A stretch of DNA of 63,693 bases, filler included, from Phoronis australis (taxonomy: Eukaryota; Animalia; Phoronida): assembly GCA_002633005.1 (NCBI GenBank). It is 11 parts of 11 records of this genome, joined end to end, with 100 filler letters (N's around TTAATTAATTAA, not from the genome) between each part and the next. Parts side by side here need not be neighbours in the genome. Positions count along the whole stretch, not along the records: positions 1 to 4,381 come from NMRA01002609.1; positions 4,482 to 14,098 come from NMRA01001799.1; 9 more parts are not named here. The stretch is one strand, 5' to 3'. Under the pieces are notes generated by a model. That model worked only from the letters and a program-made list of their open reading frames with translations, was not told where the DNA came from and did no database searches. A program made the position numbers and the translations under genes. Of this stretch, positions 1 through 12,457 are shown one piece after another (positions within the stretch are counted from its first letter, which is position 1; every line of letters starts with the position of its first letter).

Positions 1-385
1 GAATAATTCGGTGAGTACAACAGCAAGTCGGTTTTATGCTTAGGCGGACGACCATTGGGTTCCCGAGTATACTCCCGTTATGAAAATTTCTTCAAGCAGT
101 CCCTATTTCAGTTCCCAAAATCGTGAAATCAAGTTTTTCATTTTTTTAACCAGGCCGAAGGTAAGAAGTTGCGGACCTACCGGCGAACTTTGAAAGCTGA
201 AGTTCCCGCCCTTCGCGTACGTGCTGCCGGGAACCAGCCGTGCATTTGCCGTGTTGTTAAACATTAAAATGTCAAATATGTGCACCAAGACACGCTTCCA
301 GCATACAGAGCGCCTATAGCCTCTGCATCGCGTCTGGTTCGGGCCAACAGAGGCGATGGTCATTGCCTAGACATTAGCCAGCTTG

Positions 386-1010
386 CTAGCTGTATGAAGA
401 CTGTCGTCAAAATACAGCTAGGTCCCACTGCATGTATTTCTTCCGTAGACAGCGAAATTGCACACAGCCGAGGTAGTTCTGATCGTCACCGCGCCATGAA
501 ACTTGTATCAACATGTAAAGCTAAAGACCAGACGGTGTGCATGCAAAATCTGGGAGACAACCGACACTCACCTTGCCCGTTACAGCCGTTTAAGTGAAAA
601 ACACTGCAATAAACGTCATTTTCATGCGTAACTCTCCGCCTTTTCTAACAATGAAAAGTATGTCGTCGTTTCGAAAACAATACGCTCGTGTCACGCGCAC
701 GCGCCATTTCCTAAATTTTCGCGACAACTTCGGAGAAGCAAAATTTGTTCTGAAATTCGGTTTTTCGGTATCGGAATTCTAAAAAATTATAATGAAGTGA
801 AACCAGTTCCAACAATTTGTTGTGACGTGTACGCAAGCTCGTGAAAGAACAGCAGTTGATTGAAGAATCGGCGAAAAAAGAAACCGGCCAATAGGTGACG
901 CAATATTTCATGGCGCCGAAAGCCGTCGCTAAAGATCGCTCCACAACTTTAGCAGCAGAATAACAGTAGAATGCCATTTTTTCCAACACTGTTAAATAAT
1001 TTGTTTATTC
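386..1010 (+). repeat. Dispersed repeat (unclassified TE), copy 1; homologous to 36811-37384
   Basis: GCTAGCTGTATGAAGACTGTCGTCAA(A/C)ATACAGCTAGGT and colinear downstream blocks, ending near CCAACAC..GAATAATTT, are shared with the second copy. Confidence 0.75.
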
Positions 1011-1602
1011 ATGGAAGACTGTAGTTTTTAGTAACACTAATTTTGTGTCAGATTTTATCTTACCACTTTTTTACCCACACCGGTGCAAAGCTGTATATTT
1101 ATATACAGCTTTGTACCAAGGCTAGCTAGACATGAGTGAGCACGTCTCTAGACTGTCTCTAGACTGTCTCTACTAGTAGACAGATCACCGACTAGCTGGC
1201 CCCACAGGCGTCCTCAGCTTCTGATCGTCCCCCATACACTATATACAGTGTTCTCCACATTATAAATTCCAAACTCGACGCAAATGTTGAATGTCAGTTA
1301 CTGACATTGTCTCGAGTCAACCATAAGCATGGTTATGCTGGAGGTATTTATATATGATTTAAAACTGTACACTGCACTGGTGTGACCTACTTTTTAGACA
1401 CTTCAAAGTTTAGCTTTCCTACCAATGCATCTCATAATTCCTCCAAAGCATTTGACAGACCCAGAGCAGCAAACAAAAGATCAAAAGTTCCTTTAATAAT
1501 ACCAATGCCAATTTTAATATNGAAGGAACTGTGTTCACGTTAACTGTAAAAAGGTATCTTTGGTCCTGTCCAGAAGGAGTGGGACGAGTCCCTTGCTCCC
1601 CA

Positions 1603-1829
1603 CAGGCGTAGCCAGAAATCAAGGGTCGGATGGAGCAAAAGCGTAATTGTTGGTGACCGGTGGGAGGGGGGTGGGGAGCGCAGAAATGAGTGGTATCCTG
1701 TGGACACTTTGAAGTGAACAAGGGGCCAAACGCAAAATTGTAAAGTTGTGACTGGGGGGAGGTGGTGGACTTTTCTTTACACTGAGCTAGGGGAACACAG
1801 CCTTCTTGTGCTCCTCAAGGCTACGCCTG
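1603..1829. mobile_element. hAT-like MITE
   Basis: Perfect 11-bp TIR CAGGCGTAGCC / GGCTACGCCTG with G-run-rich interior; no clear TSD. Confidence 0.55.
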
Positions 1830-2410
1830 AATGCCCTTGCCTTCAACCCGCTTGTGTGGAGAGCAGTGTGCCCTAACATTTTTTCGCCCGTAAAAGCCAA
1901 GAAAACCATAACAACTTTTTAGTTTTGGTGGTTTGACGGCGCAACACTTCTGTTGGCGCCCGTGGACAATTGCTGCCCCTCTGCCCCCACGCTATGCCAG
2001 TGCATTCCTCCACAGTCCCTCGACATTATTCAACTACGATTGGCTGTTCTCCCTTAATTCGCACCTAGCTATGATATCTCTACAAAGCCACCGCCCCAAT
2101 AAATATGTTACAAAATCGAGTCCAGTTTCCTTCCAAAGCAGGTGCCTGCCCTGCGATCTTGCGTTTAGGCCGGGAACCACTTGCAGGCTAGTCCCGGCGC
2201 CGAGTTCGAAGAAGAGGGTAGCCTTGCATGGTCTAGTACCGCCCCGTTACGTGTGTCTATCTTCCTAAGTGATGAGCTAAGTTCATGAACACGACAGCAA
2301 TGTTGTTTCCACTCCTTGCAAATGGACTCAACATGATATCCAGTTGGCGTTGTCGACGGTAATCAACTTTCCATGTGATACCACTTTTCATTCAAGCTGC
2401 TTTAGCATCA

Positions 2411-2580
2411 GCAGCCGATTTCATGAAGGTGGTTTAACAAAACCAGGTTTAAGACTTGAACCTGGTCTTCCTAAACCTGGTATAATTTTAGACCTGACGT
2501 GCATTTCACCAACATGGTTTAAGAGTCTGAAAGCCTGGTTTTGCTAGACCAGGGAGCTGGTTCAGTAAAACCAGCTTTAA
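2411..2580. mobile_element. Harbinger-like terminal fragment with repeated AAACCAGG/CCTGGTTT motifs
   Basis: Starts CAGCCGATTTCATGAAG and carries many AAACCWGG/CCTGGT motifs in both orientations, as in PIF/Harbinger subterminal arrays. Confidence 0.35.
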
Positions 2581-3021
2581 AGTATCAAAGGCACCCCACT
2601 GTGTCGAGCTGGGTAAACCCAACAAAGAAACTATTGAAGTGCTTCAATGAAACCTTGATCACGTGGGTATACATGCAATGGCGTACACTAGTAGAATCTG
2701 AGTACAGACATTTATGAAAAAGGTCTAAAAGCTTTTCTCATCATTTCTGTGCCCAACACACATACATTAAAGAACACGCTTACGAGTAGATGTAACATGA
2801 TAAATGCCCAAATTTATTTCCTTGTCATTTTAGTGTTTATTTTTCACGGCTAGGGGGGGGCAAGACCCCTTCCCGGCAACATTAAATCGGAGAACAGTGG
2901 AGGTGGAACTCAGACAGAAGAATCAGAGGATGCTGCCTTAAGTCAAATCCGATGACGCCCTGCTCGACCAGTCGTATTCTGAGGAATCCGCTGGTCACAC
3001 TCCAGCAAGTACTGGTCTACG

Positions 3022-3159
3022 CATAGGCGGATCCAGGGAGGTCAAGGGGTCCGGAGCCCCTCTTTTCTTTGATTTTAGTGATATCAAATTGTTGACTTGG
3101 TCCCCCCTTTCAAAAAGTCCTTGACCACCCCCCCTCTTAAAAATCCTGGATCCTCCCTG
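3022..3159. mobile_element. hAT-like MITE (GGCGGATCC family); related ends at ~16630, 17782-18097, 35259-35272, 36760-36778
   Basis: Imperfect TIR CATAGGCGGATCCAGG ... CCTGGATCCTCCCTG; CTACG is present on both flanks. Confidence 0.55.
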
Positions 3160-3289
3160 CTACGTTTGATCTTGATCGTAGTAAAACTGAATATTGTAAA
3201 AATAATCCATTTTTGCTCTAAAACTGCGTCGCAAATGCACTCCGCGGCATCATTCAGTTGCACCTATACCATGCAAGTCTGATACGACA

Positions 3290-3662
3290 TTAGATACGCT
3301 TTTTCGAGTACGACTCCAGTGAGCACGATTTTGAGTATGAAATCTCGAGTATGAGTATTAGTCTGAGTACGGAGATTGGAGACCGGGCCCAGGGCCCGGT
3401 CTCCAATCTCCGTACTCAGACTCGAATCATGCTCAAACTCACACTTCATACTCAACTCGAGTACAGACTCAGCTTTGGTGTATTCAATGTCATACTCGAA
3501 AAATCAGTACTCGAAATTTCGAGCACGTACTCAGTTTTCGAGTGTACTCGAACTGAAGTGTATCTCATCTATATTTCGAGTACGATTTTGAGTAAAAATT
3601 TGGAGTCTGTGCTCAAATTTCAAGTTTGGTATGGCAGTGTGCTTGAAATCGTACTCGAAAAT
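3290..3662. mobile_element. Two abutting Harbinger-type MITE ends forming a perfect palindrome, with GAGTAC/GTACTC subterminal repeats
   Basis: 31-bp perfect inverted arms at 3360-3390 and 3392-3422; junction reads GACCGGGCC-CAG-GGCCCGGTC; dense (TC)GAGTAC motifs on both sides. Confidence 0.6.
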
Positions 3663-4381
3663 AAATACGAACCAGAGAACAAAATATCGAAAGGGAACCA
3701 AGAAACACAGCAAATCTAAAAAAATAAATCCTCTTACCGTATCTCGGCACTTCAATTTCAGTTCAGAGATACAAGTTTTCATTTTAAATCTTCTTATTCT
3801 TCACCTTATTAACCCGCCGTATCACTGTATGTTATGGCCGCCATTCTACCTCTACAATTCCTGGCAACAGGCGCATTGTAATCCCTTGTCGGCGAGTCAT
3901 AACAAGCTTCGAAAGCAGTTGTGGGAAAAGTCGTGTGAGAAGTTTGTGCTGCGGTCTGTGTGCCTACGTTTTGTAGGGTTTCCAAAAGACGAGGAGGGGA
4001 GGGAAGTTAAAAACATTTCGCTTCCCTGTCAGGTACATTTCTCATCATAACTTAGTCATCTATAATTCCTCAATCCCCAAATGGAATTCCAGATTTTGTT
4101 TGCCGATTTTTAAGTTGACGTCTCGCCCCGTTTACTGCCACTGCTGAACTCTGAATGCCTGCACAAGTATTGTTTTTTAACTCACGTGCCAAATGTCAAC
4201 TCACTTGATACATCCCGGTAAAATACAAAGATACAGTATAAAAGTTTGACACCGGCGTAGCCCTACACAGCAATGGGTTTTATGTCAAGACTAAATTTGC
4301 AACAAAGATGTTATGTGATAAGCTGTTACATATTTCTTGAGACATTTTCGGGACTGGGTGAGGAACTCAAGAAGTAAAGCT

Positions 4382-4481
4382 NNNNNNNNNNNNNNNNNNN
4401 NNNNNNNNNNNNNNNNNNNNNNNNNTTAATTAATTAANNNNNNNNNNNNNNNNNNNNNNNNNNNNNNNNNNNNNNNNNNNN
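4382..4481. other. Assembly linker (N-run + TTAATTAATTAA + N-run, 100 bp). Identical copies at 14099-14198, 16667-16766, 22299-22398, 24537-24636, 28516-28615, 33704-33803, 39388-39487, 57546-57645, 61814-61913
   Basis: The same 12-mer (stops in all six frames) is centred in N runs ten times; each linker is 100 bp. Confidence 0.97.
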
Positions 4482-6329
4482 CATCAATGGAGAAGTATAG
4501 ACCTTGCTATGAAGCCACTTAAGAAATGCCTGGAGTTAATGTCTACGTCTTCGGACTGAAGAAGGCTATATCAACTAACTAGACCGGTAATAACAAGTCG
4601 CCACCTTCAGGCGGAGAACTGGCCACTGTCAGCTCCTTTCCTACCCGTATCGCCTGAAAATCACAGATTAGTGCCCGTGTGGTACTGGCCCCCAAACACC
4701 TGAAAACCTACTACAGGTGCTGCCCTACCTTCGACATCTTTTAAAGGTGCTAGACATGGCCCACTGCGATGAAGCTCTAAAAAACTGTAGGGCACGACTG
4801 CGTCAGTCCGACAAACGGCAGACTTTGCCCAAAAGACCGGACTGAACACTTGAACTGCATGGCCGGGAACGCACAAGTATGCATTCATAACAAAACGTTT
4901 TCGTTTGATCCGAAATAAATTCTTGCCTGATTCTGTTGTGTACGTTCATGTATAGGCAAATTAATCTATCTTTGATGACACAGATTAAGAATAGCAGCGC
5001 TTAAAAACTACAACCTGATCACCTTGCGGCGGAATTCTCGTCGGAAAATATTTGCTTATAGTTTTTAGAACAGTGAAAATTTTCTAGGAACTACATCTTT
5101 AGTGAATTTGGAGGACCAAGTGAACAAGACTAAGAAAATTTGCCTTCGTGGACGGGAATTTACTCCACCAGGATACTGTACCCCAACCGTGAAATACGGT
5201 CTCAACCATTGAATACGGATTGGCACTACTTTCCAGTATTCAATAGCGTAATTCACGGCGTATTGCATGGCTGTATTCACACATTTATGGGATAAAATAA
5301 AAGTTACTCCAAACATTAATGTCAGGACGTACATTTATGTGGGACCTCACCTTCAGTCAAATCGACAAAACTGTAATTTAACTTTCTAAAAGTATTATAT
5401 TTCATGAAAGTAGAAAGTCAGCATATTTTGACCTAACGTGCCAACCTGGTTCACTTGACCAAATTTTTAACAATATCCCGGAAAAAGAGATTTTTAATTA
5501 AAAGAGAGATACACTCATACCAAATCAACGGTATTTTAACACCGTTGTTATTAAGATAACGCGACCAATTTTCTTTTGATGTAAACATTCAAGACGAAAT
5601 CTCATAAACGATGATACTGTTTTCTAAGCCACACTTTTTTCGTTTTGTGCACTGTTTACGGTTTTCATGGAACTACCACTTTTGGCTAGCGCCTCATGCA
5701 ATCCAAAAACAACAACCTCTAAAAGCGCTTGGGGAAAAGTGCATAAGGCGCAGTATCCTAAAGTTTTATTTGAATCCGATCAGTCACGTTAGCAGAAAGT
5801 TTGGAGTCAAACCCCGATCGAAACAGAGATCTATTCACTCACGTAATGTGACCAACATGGCGTGTGTAAAGACCAACAATTCTTGCTCATTGTTATTTAT
5901 GTTTAGCAATTGTTTGCTAGTGAATTAAATTTTGCGGTGATTTGTGCCAACATTCAACTTGTTACTGTGACACTGTTAACATTTTCTGTATGTAATTTAG
6001 AGAAACCAAGCATCGACTGATACATCATGTAACACAAACGTAATTAAAAGTGGTATCTGTCACTTCAGAACAAGAATGTGGCAAGCCTTTTTGAGAAATA
6101 GTCAATTGTTTTAACAAAAATTTCCAAAATCATTTCGTAAGAACAGAAGGTAGTTAAAATAATTACATTCTGCGTCAGAATACTTGCGCACTTGTCATTC
6201 AAAGACGGAAATTGCGCACGCATCTTCAATTCGCCTATTTTACAAGACCCTAATCGAAAAATTCCTATTCTAAATTCATACATCCACCTTGGTGGGGTAA
6301 GTTTGCTGTCATTATGGCAGCAAGTGAAG

Positions 6330-6924
6330 CGAATGCAAGTGTTTTAGATGCTGACATCAGTTTATCTGTGTCTGGCGGTGTACCAGTACACGGCGGTACA
6401 TCCCCTTGTAATGACTCCCCTCCGTGACTGCCAGTGCATGATCAGGACTCAGTCCAAGAGGACATTGTATGCCTGGGGTCAGTCTTCAACGTTGTTGACG
6501 GTGATTCCTATCGAGAAGCTAGCTCCCAGGAGACATGTGATCAGGGTGACAGTGGTAGCACAGCCTCTGGTCACTAATTCTCCTACTCGGAGGGTGGCTC
6601 ATATAACTCACCCACTAAGGTGGCTAGATTTGACCATCTGGTTGCAGTCAGATCGGTGGAGTCGTCAGGGGGCATTCGTTGACAAGCAATTCACTGAGAA
6701 TTTGTCCAGCACAGCTCTGACAGAATCCCTACTATCACACGCATTGTCGGACAATGACCCTAACCAGAGCTCACAGTGATCGACGCCCTGCGACGAGAAT
6801 GTGCTAGATTTAGTGCCACCGCCGGCTCACAAGCCAGTGTCCGTTGCGGACGACAGTTACAAAGTGCAGCAGCAGGGCCCGCTCGGCACCCTTTGGCAAA
6901 AACTAGAGAGAGCCTAGTGTAAGG
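6330..6924 (+). pseudogene. Decayed DIRS/Ngaro-like gag ORF, 5' part (interrupted by the Gypsy element)
   Basis: Frame reads DENVLDLVPPPAHKPVSVADDSYKVQQQGPLGTLWQKLERA*CK and continues in frame after the insertion; left boundary approximate. Confidence 0.5.
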
Positions 6925-7110
6925 TGTCGTAATATTTATTAGTAACACCTGTTAGCATTAATCCCATTGTGCCTGACCCATAATGCAAGGCTTCTTCCTG
7001 TATGATGTAGTGTGTTAAGACAATAGAATTTTACTCTTACTTCCATCTTGTGATCATCCAGTAACCACACTTCATCCAATAACAACCACACTTCATCCAA
7101 TAACATAACA
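6925..7110 (+). repeat. 5' LTR (186 bp)
   Basis: TGTCGT...ATAACA; identical by eye to the 3' LTR except a 21-bp tandem duplication (7063-7083 / 7084-7104). Confidence 0.96.
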
Positions 7111-7124
7111 TGGTGTCAGGAGTG
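7111..7124 (+). promoter_or_regulatory. Primer binding site, tRNA-Leu
   Basis: TGGTGTCAGGAGTG directly after the LTR, complementary to the 3' end of eukaryotic tRNA-Leu (..CACTCCTGACACCA). Confidence 0.88.
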
Positions 7125-7181
7125 CTGAAGAACTGAAGAATTTGAGGACTTGTTTATTTTGTGATTGTATGGACTGCAACA

Positions 7182-10100
7182 ATGGCTAGTTTACAAGGAT
7201 TAACCCAACCATCCATGAATTGGTCAGCCAGCGACCTACCACTGACATTTAGCAACTTCAAGGGACTGTGCCAATTATATTTTGAAGGACCACTGTCAAC
7301 ATTGGAGGAAACACAAATGATCAAATATTTGCTCATTTGGGTTGGTCAAGAGGGACGTGATATCCACAAAACATGGACATTAACTGCAGCTGAGGCAAAG
7401 TCACTGGACACTTACTGGAAAAAATTCGAGGAGTATGTGACGCCCAGAAGTAATTTCCGTGTTGCGAGATTTAAACTGCGAACCCTGACCCAACAAGATG
7501 GTGAGTCAATTGATTCATTCTTGAAACGTATCAGGCTCCTTGTTGCTGAATGCCAATACAGTGAACCAGATGACCACATAATCGATGCCTTAGTCTTTGG
7601 CATTCAAAGTCGACATGTGCAAGCTAAGCTGTTACAAGAAACTGACAAGCTGACCCTTGACAAAGCCATTGAATTGTCTCGCCTACATGAGGCAACAGCC
7701 CGACAACTCGACGACATACACCCCAGCAGTAACACAGCTGTACATGCGATACACGCCGCTAAGCCCAAACCGCAGCACAGAAAGCCCCAGAAGCATGACA
7801 AAAAACCTGCCCACACATCCAATGACTGCGGACGGTGCGGAACAGCCCATTCCCAGCATGACAGATGTCCAGCGCAAGGTGCTACATGTCTGGCCTGTGG
7901 CAAAAAGAATCACTGGGCTGCTGTTTGTCGCACTAAATCACGATCACGTCCAACTGGCACAAAACCTAAAACACGCGTACACGCTGTAAATACGAATGAT
8001 GAAGTGTTGTATTTTCACTCGTTGCAAATACATAGTCTATCGGACACCCAAGCCATTGTCAACTTACCTCTGACCTCCGGTGATACAACATGTGACATAC
8101 CCTACAAGATTGACACTGGCGCGGAAGGTAATGTGATCCCTATGTCCAAGTTTAAGAACATAGTACCTGCAATGACGGAACTTTCTCCATCCAAAACACG
8201 CATCGAAGTTTATGGCGGCAGCACATTGAAGCAGTATGGTACATGCACTCTCACAGTGACACATGGTACACAGAGCAAAGAGTGCACCTTCCATGTTGTA
8301 GAAGCAGATGGTCCAGTCATACTAGGACTTCCAACATGCCGCGCTTTGCAACTGATTTCACTGAACTGCGAGATCACTACCCATACCAAAGACCCTGAAC
8401 TAGGTGACATTCTACCAGGCCACTCAAGCCCATTTGTGGTGCCTACAGCTTCCTTCACAAGACTTGACGGTGACTCCAATGCGAAAGACCATATACTCCG
8501 AAAGTATAAAGACGTCTTCGAAGGCATTGGGTGTTTTGAAGGAGAGGCACACATCACTCTTGACCCAGTTTCCTCAGTTGTTCAGCCCGCGAGAAGCATA
8601 CCTGAAGCATTCCGTGAGCCCCTGAAAGCTGAGTTACAGAAACTTAAGTCACAAGGCATAATAGCCAAGGTGGACGGCCCAACAGATTGGGTGAACGCTC
8701 TGGTATGTGTCACCAAACCGAATGGTTCGCTACGTCTTTGTCTCGATCCAAAAGACCTCAACAAAGCCATAAAAAGACCCCATCATTACACGCCTACACT
8801 GAATGATGTACTGCCCAAGCTCAATGGTGCCAAGTATTTCTCCATCATTGACGCACGCTCTGGGTACTGGAACATTAAGCTGGATGATGAGAGTTCACAT
8901 TATACGACGTTCAACTGCATTTATGGAAGAAGACGATTTCTCCGCCTGCCATTTGGTCTCAACTGTTCCCAAGATTTGTTCCAGCGAAAGGTTGATGAAA
9001 CATTTGGCAACCTCACAGGTGTTACAGGTATCGCCGACGACATTATTGTCTATGGAAAGAAGGCTGACGGAAGCGACCATGACGCGAACCTAGAAGCTCT
9101 CATGAAGCGCGCTCGACAGACAGGAATAAAGTTCAATGCTGACAAATGTCACATACGCTGTAGTGAAATCCCGTTTTTCGGTCACATTATCAGTCGTAAC
9201 GGCATACGCCCTGATCCGCGCAAGACTGAAGCCATCGCCCGTATGGACCCTTCACAAAGTCTCGAAAGTCTTCAAACCTTCCTCGGCATGACCCAGTTCC
9301 TGAGCCGATTCACCCCCAAGTTAGCGTCGGTAGCCGCACCATTATGGGACTTGATCAAGAAAAAGAACGAGTTCATCTGGGGACCTGAGCACCAAAAGGA
9401 AGTTGATCAAGTCAAAGCCCTAGTCACCAATCCAGAAACACTGCAGTACTATGATAATTCAAAACCACTAGTAGTACAGGTCGACGCCTCATCCAAAGGT
9501 CTAGGAGCCGCACTACTCCAAGAAAGTGGACCAATCGAGTATAGAAGCAAACTGCTAACAGAAACCGAATCGCGTTATTCTAATATTGAGAGAGAATATC
9601 TGGCGGTCGTGTTTGGTCTGGAAGCCTTCCACCATTACATATATGGCAGACATGTTCAAGTGAACTCTGACCATAAGCCGTTGGAATCTATTACAAAGAA
9701 ACATATCTCAAGCGCATCACCCCGGCTTGCCCGTATGCTGCTAAGGACCCAGAAATATGACTTCGACTTAGTGTACGTAGGCAAGAACGAAGTTCCGCTA
9801 GCAGATGCCCTATCACGCATTGACCCATGTGCTGCAGATACAATCCCAGGATTTGACATAACCGTACACGAGATACAGCTCCAACTGAATGCCAGTCATA
9901 CTCGTCTAACTCAGATCCGCTATGAGACAGCGAAGGACCCTGAGATGACGGTACTACGAAACATGATTGCCAACGGATGGCCTAACTCCAGAGCTGATTG
10001 CCCCACCACTCTGCATGGATACTTGAACTTCAGAGACGAGTTGGGAGTTGAAGATGGAATCATCATCAAAGGAAGACGTATAGTCGTGCCACAATCATTA

Positions 10101-11144
10101 CGCCAAATAGTGCTCAAACAGATTCATTATGCCCACCAAGGAATCGAAAAGTGCCGATTACGAGCCCGAGCGTCAGTATTCTGGGATGGAATCAACAAGG
10201 ACATTGACGCCATCGTGTCCAATTGTGCATCGTGCCAAGCTCACCAGAATGCAAATGCCAAAGAACCTCTGTTACCACTAGACGTTCCACCTAGACCGTG
10301 GCACACACTTGGTATGGACCTATTCTACTGGCAACAGAAGGACTATCTCTTAGTCGCTGACATGTACAGCAAATTTCCCATCGTACGAAGATTACACTCA
10401 ACTACATCCGGTTCTGTCATCAACCATTTGAAGACTATATTTGATTAACACGGTCTCCCCGAGAAGATCGTCTCAGACAACGGACCACAGTTCTCATCAT
10501 ACGAGTTCAAACAGTTCGCTGAAGTATACGAACTAGAGCATGTTACAACATCACCGATGTTTCCACAGGCCAATGGATTTATAGAAAGAATGGTGCAGAC
10601 AGTGAAAAATTTATTCACAAAGTCCTTCGAGACCGGCAGTGACCCCCACTTAGCAATGTTATGCCTAAGATCAACACCAATTGATCACAAGTCACCGTCT
10701 CCGAGTGAACTGCTCAACGGCAGAAGGTATCGCACCATGCTACCTTCTTTGCCTACAAAAGGAAACGGCGAGAGCAACGAAGCACTTCAAATCCGCCAAG
10801 AAGTACAGAAGCGCAAATTCCTCAGCTCAAAACAGTTACCTCCGTTATATCCGTGCGACAATGTACGCATGTTAAATACAGATACCAAGATGTGGGAACC
10901 TGGAAAGGTTCTCACTCAGGAAACCACACCCCGATCGTACAAGATAAAAACCAACCGAGGAACTTTCCGTCGCAACCGAAGACATTTGCGCAAGACCTCA
11001 GAAAACTTCGAAATTGACCAGCAGACCGAACTCGACACATCGATGCCAGAAGAACCAAATATCCATAACGAAATTCAAACTGACACTCCTGCGACCACCC
11101 GAAGTGGACGTACTGTACGAAAACCTCAGCGGATGGACTTGTGA
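7182..11144 (+). CDS. Gag-Pol polyprotein with one in-frame TAA at 10446-10448 inside the integrase
   Basis: ATG 7182. Twin zinc knuckles CGRCGTAH..C and CLACGKKNHWAAVC; protease IDTGAE; RT IDARSGYW..LPFGL..IADD; RNase H VDAS; integrase HYAHQG..C..C, DLF, SDNGPQF, ANGFIER. The frame is unchanged across the stop (FD*HGLPEKIVSDNGPQF). Confidence 0.95.
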
Positions 11145-11256
11145 AACGGAGCATATTATTCTTTTTTCTTTGTTAACATCTTAAGTGTTACACGGAACAT
11201 TTATTGTCGTAGTTTAAAGGATATTAGACTTTTATGTCAGCCTCATCTGTTTCTTC

Positions 11257-11268
11257 AAGAAGGGGAGA
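11257..11268 (+). promoter_or_regulatory. Polypurine tract
   Basis: AAGAAGGGGAGA immediately upstream of the 3' LTR. Confidence 0.9.
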
Positions 11269-11433
11269 TGTCGTAATATTTATTAGTAACACCTGTTAGC
11301 ATTAATCCCATTGTGCCTGACCCATAATGCAAGGCTTCTTCCTGTATGATGTAGTGTGTTAAGACAATAGAATTTTACTCTTACTTCCATCTTGTGATCA
11401 TCCAGTAACCACACTTCATCCAATAACATAACA
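11269..11433 (+). repeat. 3' LTR (165 bp)
   Basis: TGTCGT...ATAACA followed by TSD TAAGG. Confidence 0.96.
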
Positions 11434-11438
11434 TAAGG

Positions 11439-11830
11439 GAGAAAAAGTTGACCCGAAGAGGCTCTTTTGCTAGGTGGAACAGTCCATGGTGCTCATTGGC
11501 CAAACCAGTACTGCTATCTCGTATAGCAGACAAATGAAACGCCCTGTCACGAGTGTTGTAAGACAATGAGAAGGAAGGCGATTTGATAGCAGCCAACGCC
11601 AAGGTCATCAGCACTGTGTGGTCGCACGTTTTACAAGGCACTACATGTTCCGGAAGCAGAGCCGAAATATCAAAGCTCACCTTGGGAACTGATAACAAAG
11701 ACCAACGGGCCAACCAAGCCATAACCCTTTCTGCATGAAGGGGCCCCTTTTCACGTGAAAAGAAGGGGTTAGTCAAACACCAACAACAACCCTCGCAGAC
11801 CTCAAAAGGTTGAGGCGTGTTCTATAGGAC
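11439..11830 (+). pseudogene. Decayed DIRS/Ngaro-like gag ORF, 3' part
   Basis: GEKVDPKRLFC*VEQSMVLIGQTSTAISYSRQM(frameshift)NALSRVL resembles the EQ..L.GQ....SY.RR.N.L motif of tyrosine-recombinase retroelement ORF1; right boundary approximate. Confidence 0.5.
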
Positions 11831-12457
11831 GATGGCTCAAAGAGATGGCTGCAACCGGAATTGATACTTCTATTTTCGAAGCACATTTAACTATATAGCT
11901 GCTTCAGTTTCAAAAGCCAGGCATTTAGGGGCCTCTGCACGTACAGCAGATAACAGTTTGTGCCAATTGGGCTATATTAACACTTTCAAAATTTTACCAC
12001 AGACTGAGCTCCCACGCACTAAGTCCCAAAGTTTGTAAAATAAAGTGTTAACAATGAAGCTTTAAACATGCAATTATTATAATTACTACCGTTCTTACGA
12101 ATTCATTAATGCTTGTAAAGCATAGCATTGAATTTTGATCTCATGAGTAAGAACGAAGTACTTTTGATAATCCCACCCAATTATGTCCATCCCTGACTAG
12201 TTGAATGTGGGTGTCCTATAGGAGTGCTCTTAGCATAACATCAAAGGACGAATACTATGACTAATACAGTGTACTGTTATTTCCTTTATATTGCAGTTGG
12301 GTCCTGAATGGTGGTAGAGACGTGTAACTATGTTCGTTAATTGAGGGCCTGCCTACGATAAGACGTTACGAGTTACTGCAGTCACTTACTAATTTTAAGT
12401 AGTTTCGTTGGAAGCACTGTCCACGTGGGTTGGTGAGGGAAGTCGACAGTGTGGACG

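Larger units (their letters stand above)
6925..11433 (+). mobile_element. Full-length Ty3/Gypsy LTR retrotransposon (Mag-like)
   Basis: TG..CA LTRs at 6925-7110 and 11269-11433; 5-bp TSD TAAGG at 6920-6924 and 11434-11438; PBS and PPT present; domain order gag-PR-RT-RH-IN. Confidence 0.97.

Noticed and set aside
7154-11154. Many short antisense or alternate-frame ORFs
   Set aside because: Shadows of the gag-pol frame.
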